IMG/VR virus record: IMGVR_UViG_2576861453_000002
Strand: one strand, 5' to 3'
DNA from: a virus
Taxonomy: Duplodnaviria > Caudoviricetes
DNA: 64,000 bases
The notes below the pieces were generated by a model, which saw nothing but the letters and a program-made list of their open reading frames with translations, was not told the origin of the DNA and did not search any database. The position numbers were made by a program, and so were the translations under genes. Below are positions 1 to 8,961 of this stretch, piece by piece. Each line of letters opens with the position of its first letter. Position 1 is the stretch's first letter.

Positions 1-110
1 TGTCATCGTTCCGGATGGGTATTGGGAATAATGGGTTAATCACGCCTCACTAATGCTTTTCGTAATGCCCTGCTGTCGCGCCACTTAAAAAAGGTATCAA
101 TAGCCAGCGT

Positions 111-251
111 TTATCCAGCACCTACACTGCCGGCAATAATGCCTATGGCGTTCCATTCATCGGGACTGAATTTCGTCAACACGCCGTTAGCCACGGTTTC
201 AGCTGAAGCGCCGCACGCGGCCGCTGTCATTAGTCTGCTCATATTTTGCAT
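111..251 (-). pseudogene. decayed phage holin (phage 21 S-like) of an older prophage relic
   Basis: MSRLMTAAACGASAETVANGVLTKFSPDEWNAIGIIAG resembles class II holins; premature TAA at 111-113. Confidence 0.55.
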
Positions 252-451
252 GGTCCACCTCCCGTGTTCGCGGTTGGTGCTATGTGTGGGTGAGAACAAG
301 CAGAAACCGACCCTGAAGCAGGCAGGGTAACATCGGCGTACTGAAACTCAAAATTTGAATATTTAATCTTTGAAATAAATGCATACTTAAATGAGCGATT
401 TTTTAAATTATCGCTCACAGAAATCATTTAAGTTTATTTTTTTCTTCGGAG

Positions 452-880
452 GTGATAAAAATGCCACGTTGGGTTTTGGGGGTGTCCCTTTCCGAAAGGG
501 AATATTTATGCAACACAGCGGCTAACGATATCATGGACTCTGGTAGCGTTACCACAGATTCTTTAGTCAAAATCATGAAAGCCATGGCAAAAACGGAAAT
601 TATTCTTGATGATGGTTCTTCAGTAAAAATCATTCCTAAATGTAGAAAGGTAACATATAGACTTGTGTCAGGATTAACCCAAGTAGAAAGTTATAAACCG
701 CTTTACCTAAAAAAAATGTTAAAACGCCTTAACGGTCATCCAGCGTTGCATACGACTGTTCCGCTGCCTTCCTTCTCAAAATTACCGCAGCCTAAGATAT
801 CAGTGCAGCAAAACAATAATGCCACCATTAGCCAGCACACTGAGGGAAAATCGCCGGAACCTAGTAGCAGTGGATGTTGA
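452..880 (+). CDS. hypothetical protein (AT-rich moron in the relic region)
   Basis: 142-aa ORF with GGAGGT upstream; no recognisable motif. Confidence 0.4.
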   Translation: MIKMPRWVLGVSLSEREYLCNTAANDIMDSGSVTTDSLVKIMKAMAKTEIILDDGSSVKIIPKCRKVTYRLVSGLTQVESYKPLYLKKMLKRLNGHPALHTTVPLPSFSKLPQPKISVQQNNNATISQHTEGKSPEPSSSGC

Positions 881-940
881 CAGCACGGCATCCAGGCCGT
901 GGCTTATATGTGCAGGTCTTAATGCCAATCATGCGGGAGT

Positions 941-1082
941 GTAGCGTCCGGTGCTGGACTAAACCCGGCATTGATGATTTCTCGCCGGGTTATCCTGACA
1001 GAACCCTATGGCGAACCAAAGCCGGTCATACACGACAGACATTATTTTGACGTCTCAGCGCATCAGCCTGCACATTCACCAC
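941..1082 (-). ncRNA. C4/IsrK-like phage structured RNA, copy 1 (degenerate)
   Basis: Starts GTGGTGAATGTGCAGGCTGATGCGC and ends GCCGGG…CAGCACCGG, ends recalled from phage C4-type RNAs. Confidence 0.45.
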
Positions 1083-1130
1083 AGGAAAGAGCACTGGTAT
1101 TAGACCCTTTCACAATGCTGGTACCTGTGT

Positions 1131-1300
1131 AATAAAGAAGCCCCGACAAATTGCCGAGGCTTGATTGTCCCGTGAGGTTTCTGACGTAATCTTCATTTTT
1201 ATTAAAATATATCAATTTTTACGATCGTAAAGAGATTTTATGCAGCGACCTCATTCACCCCAGAACTTTGACAGTTTTGCCAGCCCTTATACGTTAACCA
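1131..1300 (-). pseudogene. relic of an antirepressor 3' end plus late-promoter region
   Basis: Colinear similarity to 43029-43200, including the TTTACGATCGTAAA palindrome and …GVNEVAA* versus …GLNDIAA*. Confidence 0.65.
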
Positions 1301-1321
1301 AAGCCAAATAGGCTTTGGGGT

Positions 1322-1457
1322 GATGTGAATGTGCAAGCTGATGTGCCGAGAACGGGAATGTAGGCTCCCTTTTAGCGACTTTGTCGGGGTCACGTGCCTG
1401 CCAAATAACAGAGAAATTTGCTTTAAAGGAGGCGCTGGAGATCAGCGCGGTCACCAT
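1322..1457 (+). ncRNA. C4/IsrK-like phage structured RNA, copy 2 (degenerate)
   Basis: GTGAATGTGCAAGCTGATGTGC…GCTGGAGATCAGCGCGGTCACC; inverted relative to copy 1. Confidence 0.45.
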
Positions 1458-1486
1458 ACCAGCAAAGCTAATTGTAGGTGGTAAGC

Positions 1487-1777
1487 ATGGTTCAGGTCAT
1501 CGTGAAGAGGCATAAGGAAAATTCAAAATCACGCAGGATGCGGGAACGTGGTGAGCATTATGCAATGACAAAAGCAAAGTACGATGTGGACCGGCTAATA
1601 GCAAGAAAGATTGACGCGGCATTGACGAAATTGAGCACAGGATGTAGCGCGAAGGTAGCGGCAGCAACCGCCCTCCCTCACTCCGTTACAAACCGAACAG
1701 CTCGGCGTGTTGCCTCCCGGCGGTATCCATTTACTGTGCAGGTCATCGGAGCGTTCGTAAAGAAGCGACGCATATAA
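1487..1777 (+). pseudogene. phage 21-type N antiterminator relic
   Basis: Arg-rich KENSKSRRMRER followed by LIARKI…KLSTGC, similar to recalled phage 21 N. Confidence 0.45.
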
Positions 1778-2513
1778 CCAGGTGAATGAGAGTAAGGCCG
1801 GAGAAAAAGAAAACCTGACCATTAGCCGCTGGCGACATGATAAAGCATCCGTGAAACGGGAAGTTCTACCCCTTCAAGTCTTTGGAAAAGTCCGGCGCTG
1901 GATACTTCGTGACACCTTCGCCAGACAGTATTGATGGGAATGGCTATTACGCGGAATATGCAAACCATCACGAACGACAATAATCATAATTACGCCCGGT
2001 CGCCGGGCGATTGCAAATGACTTCTGCCGTATCATGGATGAGTATAAAGATATAATAGATATTTCATCTAATTGATTTTTATACATTAAATCCAAAGCGG
2101 CAGATAGAGATAGGTTGACGCAAAAAGCGCTCGCATATTGAAATACGAGCACTGACAATCCCATATTTAATCTAAATTAATGGGCCCAAAGCGGACAACT
2201 TATCAGTTAAAACTTACTCATGGGTTGGTTGAAATACGAACTTTAATAAAACCAGGTCTAAAAGCAGGCGAAGAAGAGGTTACCTATCCCTGCCGACCAA
2301 CGCGCCATGCTCAGCTGGATATTACCGTGAGGTGTTGACAACGATAACCGCTTACACGGCAGCGCTGCGTTCTGAGGGGCCAGCGCCGGAAGATTGGCAA
2401 GAACTGGCGGAATGCGTCTACGATGATTGGGTTAAGCGAACAAAGCGATAGACCGTTACTTGACCTTATCGGGCAACAGGAACAGTTGAAATCACGTAAC
2501 CCACTGTTTTTAC

Positions 2514-2558
2514 TGGTACGCCCTACTGGATTCGAACCAGTGACCTACGGCTTAGAAG
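2514..2558 (-). repeat. distal att site: duplicated 3' 45 bp of tRNA-Arg
   Basis: TGGTACGCCCTACTGGATTCGAACCAGTGACCTACGGCTTAGAAG, 44/45 identical to 62868-62912. Confidence 0.95.
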
Positions 2559-2960
2559 TTCCTAGAACTACCATGTAACACAGTAACTTACCGCATCCTG
2601 CCGCGCTCACACGTCCCATGATGCTGAAAGATGCAACAACTTGCAGTAGCTTGCGAACGGTTGCATGTCTCAGTATTGTCCCAACCCGGATCAACCGATA
2701 TATCGCATTCCTCGACTCGACTTCAAACCCAGCACTTCAAAAAACCATGATATTCGGCCCGAAAGTTAGCACGATAGCACCCATTACTTTTCGTTCGGCA
2801 TAGCGACAATAATTACAGTGCTATTTTATGGCTTTACAACCTGATATCAACATCCTGTATTATTGGGGGAATATACTCTTTACTAAAGTGAGTAAAAATG
2901 TGATTTTTACTCTCCTTGACAATTTATTTTAGCACCTTCCAATTTCATAGAGGCTCAATT

Positions 2961-3674
2961 ATGGAGAAAAAGCCAAAAATAAGCAACAAACCGTTAATGT
3001 TAGAATCTTTAAATAATATTACAGTTCTATCATTAATTGAACATTCAGCGCTTCCATGGGGCATCAAAGATACTAATTCACGCCATGTCTACATGAACGA
3101 TGCATGCAAAGATTTCTTGGATATCCCTGAGAAATTTAACTATGAGGGGAGGACAGATAAAGAATTCCCCTGCCTTTGGGCCCCCCTTGAGCCTGAATTT
3201 ACCGCACAGGATAGGAAATCAGAGCTAAGCCCAAACGGAACTGAGATAATTTCTACCACTTACTACGGAAGAGATCATGAACTTGCACCATACTATTCCC
3301 CTAAGTTTCCAATAAAGAATTGCGCAGGTGAGATTTTAGGAACAATTTATTATGCTAAAAGGTTTTCATATATATCTATCCAAGACTTCTTTAGCAGCCT
3401 TAAACCTTCAGTTTTGACCTTTAATTCTCCGGTTGATATTTTCACAGAAAGAGAGTTAGAAATAATTTTTTATGCAATTCAGAAAATACCCGCTAAAGAG
3501 ATTGCACCTATACTGTGTATTTCTCATAGAACTGTTGAAAATAGGTTATTAAAGATATATGAAAAAGTCGGCACCAACTCGATAAAGGGTCTAATTGAAT
3601 ACTGTCATAATGTCGGATTGAATAATTACGTACCAAAAAAACTCCTCAGAGAAGGTGTTAACTTTTGCTGGTGA
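2961..3674 (+). CDS. PAS-domain + LuxR-type HTH transcriptional regulator (copy 1)
   Basis: PAS-like WGIKDTNSRHVYMN; HTH FTERELEIIFY…AKEIA…ISHRTVENRL; 237 aa. Confidence 0.88.
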   Translation: MEKKPKISNKPLMLESLNNITVLSLIEHSALPWGIKDTNSRHVYMNDACKDFLDIPEKFNYEGRTDKEFPCLWAPLEPEFTAQDRKSELSPNGTEIISTTYYGRDHELAPYYSPKFPIKNCAGEILGTIYYAKRFSYISIQDFFSSLKPSVLTFNSPVDIFTERELEIIFYAIQKIPAKEIAPILCISHRTVENRLLKIYEKVGTNSIKGLIEYCHNVGLNNYVPKKLLREGVNFCW

Positions 3675-3729
3675 AAATTATGGTCAACTTAATGCACTGC
3701 TAGCCCGCCACTTCAGAGCGGGCTTAACA

Positions 3730-4107
3730 TTATATGCACGGATCATCATCAAATTCGCCCGTCCGCATATCATTCAGTACATATGTGACAACGCCAAATC
3801 CAACGACCCCATCATGCTCTTCCACCCCTTCCAGTCTGCCAGGGTAGTCAAGTCGCTCTAACCCCCGTGATGGGTACAGCTTATAGCGACGAAGCGCATA
3901 CTCTCCCCCAACCTCCGCCACCACAATGCTACCGTCAACCGGCGTGAGGGATCGGTCAACAACGATAATACTTCCCTGATGTATGCCATGGCGGATAGAT
4001 CCCTCGCTGGCTCGCATAAGGAACGTTGCCGCCGGTCGATGGATGCACATTTTGTCCAGGCTTAGAGACGCTTCAACGTAGTCAGCCGCTGGAGAAGGAA
4101 AGCCCAT
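3730..4107 (-). CDS. UmuD'-like (HumD-type) S24-family protein
   Basis: Begins MGFPSPAADYVE, the UmuD' N-terminus; VVDRS…GSIVVA motif; LexA box upstream. Confidence 0.85.
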   Translation of the reverse strand: MGFPSPAADYVEASLSLDKMCIHRPAATFLMRASEGSIRHGIHQGSIIVVDRSLTPVDGSIVVAEVGGEYALRRYKLYPSRGLERLDYPGRLEGVEEHDGVVGFGVVTYVLNDMRTGEFDDDPCI

Positions 4108-4124
4108 TTTAAACACCTCAAACA

Positions 4125-4140
4125 CTGTACATGCATACAG
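4125..4140. promoter_or_regulatory. LexA (SOS) box
   Basis: CTGTACATGCATACAG (CTG-N10-CAG) just upstream of the umuD-like start. Confidence 0.85.
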
Positions 4141-4283
4141 TATAAGCGCGCTATTTAAAGGGTGTAAATGGGCTGGATGGCTCAAGCATGTATATCACTG
4201 ACGTTTAGTGTAATTTAGTTATCACCGCATCATGAAAGGATGAAGCGGTTACTGAAATACCGATTAGGCAGTGGCTAGACACA

Positions 4284-5396
4284 TCACTGCGGGATGATAT
4301 TGCTAGGAGTTGCTTTATTTTGCTTACTCGTTAGTCTTTTCCCCAGCTTAATCATGGGCTTCTCGATGTATTTGTGTGTAAGTGCAGATACCCCAATTGA
4401 CACCACAATGGTGAGCAAAGGAACAACGAAATATTTTAAAGATAAGGGCATGTCAATTTCATGGCAAATGCGAAGAACAAAAAATAATAGAATCATGTGC
4501 ACCATGTATATTGAGTATGATATCCGTCCCAAAAATAATACGGGCTTACTGTCTAAAAATGATGCCAGTAATGAATTATTATTATATTTCTGTTTAAGAA
4601 TCGTAAAATAAAAGACTGTTGCCCATATAAATATAGGGATCATACCTTTCCTCAAGAACAGGAAAGAGATAAAAGATATCGCCGCATAAAGGTAGAAAAG
4701 TTGTATAGCTGTGATTCTTTCAGAATAGTTTTTATAGAAAAAGAACGTTGCGAAACCTACCGAAAATAGAGATAGGTTCTTTCCTATAAATCCGTGCGCA
4801 AAGTTCCCATTAAGTATTATAATGAGAGATGCAATAACACATAAAAGCAAGCAGTTGTATTTATTGTATATTCCCCTAATCAGCATGAACAGAACTGGAG
4901 CTATTAAGTAGAACTGCCATTCTACTGAGACGCTCCACGCTTGCCCTAGTAAAGTATATGCTGTATCTGGAAGAAAGTTCTCAGGAATAATCCCTTGAAG
5001 AAGTAATGAATGAAATAGAAAGTGTAGACTTGGATTAGATTGATAATTGTTGATTATTTCAAGCCTTCTTGCGGTAAATGGACTTAATGCAAGAACATTT
5101 AAGCTTTCTTCTGTAAAATCTATCAAAATTGCACTAGCTATTAACGCGAAAATATAAACAGGAAAGATTCGGAAAAAACGCTGCGTGATAAAAACCGGGT
5201 ATGATTGTTTTTTATTATCAATCATAAAAAATATCACAAAACCACTAAGTATGATAAATACATCAACGGCGTATATATTAAGTAATGAAGGCGGTACACG
5301 CGGATGCATTAAAGGCAACCCTGCAAGGCTGTGTCCGACAACTACCCAAAGAGCCATTATCCCCCTGAGGCCTTCCAATTCGTTAATATAACGCAT
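4284..5396 (-). CDS. acyltransferase-3 family membrane O-acyltransferase (OafA/Oac-like)
   Basis: LEGLRG, VDVFIILSGF, RFFRIFP, WSVSVEWQFY, GRISYSIY and IEKP motifs; many hydrophobic segments; AT-rich. Confidence 0.92.
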   Translation of the reverse strand: MRYINELEGLRGIMALWVVVGHSLAGLPLMHPRVPPSLLNIYAVDVFIILSGFVIFFMIDNKKQSYPVFITQRFFRIFPVYIFALIASAILIDFTEESLNVLALSPFTARRLEIINNYQSNPSLHFLFHSLLLQGIIPENFLPDTAYTLLGQAWSVSVEWQFYLIAPVLFMLIRGIYNKYNCLLLCVIASLIIILNGNFAHGFIGKNLSLFSVGFATFFFYKNYSERITAIQLFYLYAAISFISFLFLRKGMIPIFIWATVFYFTILKQKYNNNSLLASFLDSKPVLFLGRISYSIYMVHMILLFFVLRICHEIDMPLSLKYFVVPLLTIVVSIGVSALTHKYIEKPMIKLGKRLTSKQNKATPSNIIPQ

Positions 5397-5622
5397 AATT
5401 TACCCGCTAATAATTAGAAGTTTCTTGCCATTACATATCTAAATGTAAAGATATGCAATAAAAAACTTACATAATTAAGAATACCTTTACCTCACTCTTT
5501 TGTAACTTACTGTATTTACATTGTTTATTGTGCACGACGCCAAGAAGGTCAAGGCGTCGCGTATGTCATCTTGTCCACCAAACATCTTTTATGGGTGGAC
5601 AGTACAATACAATGCACAGTCG

Positions 5623-5880
5623 CTATGATGTCGCGTTCGCAGCATAAAGAGCTTTAGCGGCAGCGAGAGCGGCATCGGAGGTTATAGAGCTATCGTTTGC
5701 GGTAATCTTATCCGCAAGTGCCTGGACTGCTATATCCTCTGCGGTCTCAGGGACTGTCAGTGCCGTTTGTTGGATCAGCAACGGAACGCCGTTAGTCTCT
5801 GTCTGCACTATAATCACACCGTCTGTGGTAGACGGGCCAACATACTGAGCCCTTGCACCGTAAGCTCCGACGATTGACGA
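5623..5880 (-). pseudogene. 5'-truncated ORF remnant, possibly a tail protein C-terminus
   Basis: Open Ala/Thr-rich frame without a convincing start, cut off by the integrase relic; tail-operon orientation. Confidence 0.3.
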
Positions 5881-5898
5881 AGTCGCTAATTCTGCACT

Positions 5899-6246
5899 TT
5901 CATTTCAATCTGTTGTTCCGCCGGGATAAATCTGCGCGATGTCATCGAAACATGCCGGCAAGGAAATCCTACTGGTTACCTCGTTTGCTCTTCAGTCAGA
6001 AAAGGACAAAGTAAAGCGGGTTCGGTTTTACCTGATGCCATTACCAGCGCATTTGCAGAAGCCAGTGAATCGAGCGGTGTCCAATTTGGCAACCATTCCC
6101 CTTCTATTCATGAGATAAGGAGTCTTGTAAGCCGGCTGTACGCTGTGGAGAATTGAAATGAATTTGCACAAAAATCACTCGGACATAAGCACAGGTCGAT
6201 GACCAAAAAATACCTCGATTCTCGTGATCAGGCATATGTGATGGTA
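5899..6246 (+). pseudogene. lambda-family tyrosine integrase C-terminal fragment
   Basis: Manual translation SPSIHEIRSLVSRLYAVEN*NEFAQKSLGHKHRSMTKKYLDSR gives HxxR, LGH and catalytic Y; in-frame TGA at 6154-6156. Confidence 0.85.
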
Positions 6247-6325
6247 CGATCCAATTATCGCGTTATCGGACATAATGCGGTTAATTTTGGACAAAAGCGA
6301 AATTTTCGCTGTATTTCAATCGGAT

Positions 6326-6351
6326 AAAAAAAGACCGAATACGATTCCTGT
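6326..6351 (-). repeat. att core matching the 3' end of the RyeB/SdsR sRNA
   Basis: AAAAAAAGACCGAATACGATTCCTGT matches the recalled reverse complement of the ryeB terminator; lies just after the int fragment. Confidence 0.7.
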
Positions 6352-6505
6352 TTACGGAACAACCACTAAATATCATTATTTTTCAATATGATATGTGACA
6401 AATAGCCCAAAAAAACACTTACCAATACGAATCAACGAATTACTTTAGTTCCAATTAGTTAGCATGACCTTCGGACCTTCGACGGACTATTTTCGGAACC
6501 CCGCC

Positions 6506-6712
6506 TCATATGCACGGGTCGTCATCAAACTTTTTCGGCTGCGCATCGTTAATGATGAATGTAATCACACCAAAAATCGCCGCGTGATCTCCGAGCTGTT
6601 CACTTTCTAATGACTCCGCATCGATCAGATCGTCCAGCCTGTCCAGGTGTTGCAGCGCTGGCCGATCTCTAAGCAGCAACCGACGCATCACATAGCGCCC
6701 ATTCATCGCGGC
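6506..6712 (-). pseudogene. 3' half of a UmuD-like gene
   Basis: Near copy of the C-terminal half of 7644-8021 (NGRYVMRRLLLR…FDDDPCI); 5' half missing. Confidence 0.85.
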
Positions 6713-6873
6713 TGACTGAATAGTTATATATCTCTCCTCTCTTATTTTTAGCTCGATAATCTGGTAATAAATTCGTACTTAATTAGGGGGAATGTACTCT
6801 TTACCAATTTGCATAACTATGTAATGGTAGCTTTTGGTTGAAAAAAAATGGAGTATTCGATGGAGGCTGTCCC

Positions 6874-7587
6874 ATGGATAAAAAAACCTTAGAGTCACCT
6901 AGCCGATTGACTTTTGAGTCGCTTAACAATTTCCCCCTAAAAAAATTTATGGAGAAATCTGATATTGCATGGGCTATTAAAAGTAATGATTCTCGATTTG
7001 TGTATATAAACAGGGCTGGCCTTGACTTTTCTAATATTCCGTTGGAATATGATTATGAAGGAAGGTTTGATGAGGAGTTCCCATGCGCTTGGTCTGAGCT
7101 GGCACCAGAATTTAAGGCGCATGATAGAAAAGCTGAATCCAGCCCGCAAGGGGCAGAGATAATAACCACTTCCTACTTTACACGCAACTCACTTTTAGAA
7201 CCTTGGTATTGTCATAAGTTCCCAATTTATGGAGGTGACGACCAAATACTAGGAACGCTTTGCTATTGCAAAAGGTTTAGCTTTTTCTCTACCTTTGAAT
7301 TTTTTGCAAACTTGAAGCCTTCAGTTATAACACTTAACCCTCCCGTGGATATCTTCACAGAAAGAGAACTTGAGATAATATTTTATGCCATACAGAAATT
7401 TTCAGCCAAGGAAATTGCTTTAAAACTAATTATTTCTCATAGAACTGTCGAAAATAGGTTACTAAGAATTTACGAAAAAATAGGCGTCAATTCAATTAAC
7501 GGGCTGATTGAATATTGTCATAATGTCGGCTTAAATAACTATGTACCTAAGAAACTCCTCAGAGAAGGGGTTAACTTTTGTTGGTGA
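6874..7587 (+). CDS. PAS-domain + LuxR-type HTH transcriptional regulator (copy 2)
   Basis: 237 aa paralog of 2961-3674 with a near-identical HTH region. Confidence 0.88.
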   Translation: MDKKTLESPSRLTFESLNNFPLKKFMEKSDIAWAIKSNDSRFVYINRAGLDFSNIPLEYDYEGRFDEEFPCAWSELAPEFKAHDRKAESSPQGAEIITTSYFTRNSLLEPWYCHKFPIYGGDDQILGTLCYCKRFSFFSTFEFFANLKPSVITLNPPVDIFTERELEIIFYAIQKFSAKEIALKLIISHRTVENRLLRIYEKIGVNSINGLIEYCHNVGLNNYVPKKLLREGVNFCW

Positions 7588-7643
7588 AACTTATGGTCAA
7601 CTTAATGCACTGCTAGCCCGCCAGCTTGAAGCGGGCTACCTAC

Positions 7644-8021
7644 TCAAATACACGGATTATCATCGAATTTCTTTTTCCGCGCGTCGTTGATGATATACGT
7701 GATCACTCCGAAAATCGCCGCGTCACCCTCCTGTTCATCCTCTAACGACTCCGCGTCTATCAAATCATTCAATCTGTCCAAGTGTTGCAGCGCTGGCCGC
7801 TCGCGCAGCAGTAATCTGCGCATCACATAGCGCCCATTCACCGCTGCTATGACTATGCTGCCGTGGACTGGCTTCACAGAGCAGTCAACAACCAACAGCG
7901 CTCCTTCCCTGATGCCAGCATTAACAGAGCTGCTACCCGATCGCATGTAGTAAGTAGCAGCGCTGGCGCTGACTAGCGCATTCAAATCAACCCCCTGCTC
8001 CATCATTTCACGCATAACCAT
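7644..8021 (-). CDS. UmuD-like S24-family protein
   Basis: DLNAL…ATYYMR…GIREGALLVVD…HGSIVIAAVNG; same length as 3730-4107. Confidence 0.8.
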   Translation of the reverse strand: MVMREMMEQGVDLNALVSASAATYYMRSGSSSVNAGIREGALLVVDCSVKPVHGSIVIAAVNGRYVMRRLLLRERPALQHLDRLNDLIDAESLEDEQEGDAAIFGVITYIINDARKKKFDDNPCI

Positions 8022-8034
8022 TCGCCTTAAAATA

Positions 8035-8050
8035 CTGTACATACATACAG
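8035..8050. promoter_or_regulatory. LexA (SOS) box
   Basis: CTGTACATACATACAG upstream of the umuD-like gene. Confidence 0.88.
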
Positions 8051-8148
8051 CATAGATCGACCTTAGTTGAAAGTGAATAGCTCAATTAACAATCAATTTT
8101 GCTTAGTACAGGAACATATTGAAAGAAATGGGGATTGGATCGGGGGAC

Positions 8149-8961
8149 TCAGCTGAACCGGCTAACGTTAGCAGCATAGTCGGATGCCAATACATCAGAA
8201 GCAGTGATATCCAGTCCGTCCAGGACGTCTAGCCGTGCGCGATATACGGCCCCTGTAAATGCCCCCGCATAGCCCGCATCAGTGCCGACATAACGCTGAG
8301 TAGGCGGCAATGTCGGCAACGTGGACGGGAAGGTTTGCGATGCTGATGTATAGACTAAAGCGTTATCGAGGTAGACGTAAAAGATAAATGTTGTGCCATC
8401 AGATGCGACTTTGCATCTCACAGCAACCTGATGAACCCCGCCCCCCATAATGCCATTCAAGACAGCGCCAACAGACAAGTCGACACCAAGAACAACAACC
8501 TGAGTTCGCGCTAAATTCGTCAAATCTCCGGAGGCAGCAACAGGTCTTACCTCGCAAATTTTATCAGCAGTTACCGACCGACCGCCGCCGACGAGGAAAA
8601 TATTGTTGTTAGTGCTTGTATTAGCTAGGGTAGATATTTTTAACCAAAACGTATACATCCAATCTTTAGCGGTCGTGATGTCGGGAACCATTACAGCCGG
8701 GAGCGTAAATTGATCACCAGCCTGCCCAGGCCAAACCATGCCGCCATTTGCGTAGGTGTGCGCCTTTGTGAATGAGCCTGTGGAATTCTCAAACGAAAGG
8801 CTTTTAATAGTGTCGCCTGCTGCCACGTCTTTTTTCCCGCCGCTCCAGGCAATACCAAAATCAAACGGGCCGACAGTACCCGCATTCATCGTAGAATCAC
8901 GATAAAGCTTCTCGCCCGTGTCGATAGTGACGTCTACTAACTGCTCAATTTTTCCGGCCAT
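8149..8961 (-). CDS. tail-associated protein, probable ConA/LamG-like lectin fold
   Basis: Beta-rich YTFWLK…HQVAV…YVYLDN…FTGAVY pattern; coupled to the upstream tail gene by a TGATG overlap. Confidence 0.55.
   Translation of the reverse strand: MAGKIEQLVDVTIDTGEKLYRDSTMNAGTVGPFDFGIAWSGGKKDVAAGDTIKSLSFENSTGSFTKAHTYANGGMVWPGQAGDQFTLPAVMVPDITTAKDWMYTFWLKISTLANTSTNNNIFLVGGGRSVTADKICEVRPVAASGDLTNLARTQVVVLGVDLSVGAVLNGIMGGGVHQVAVRCKVASDGTTFIFYVYLDNALVYTSASQTFPSTLPTLPPTQRYVGTDAGYAGAFTGAVYRARLDVLDGLDITASDVLASDYAANVSRFS

Noticed and set aside
1236-1300. Relic of a Q gene 3' end (…EVAA*)
   Set aside because: Upstream codons align with the KilA-C antirepressor end (LVTPKGLTKLSK), not with Q.
2514-2558. 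Second tRNA-Arg gene
   Set aside because: Only the 3' 45 nt are present (no D arm or 5' acceptor strand); it is the att duplication.
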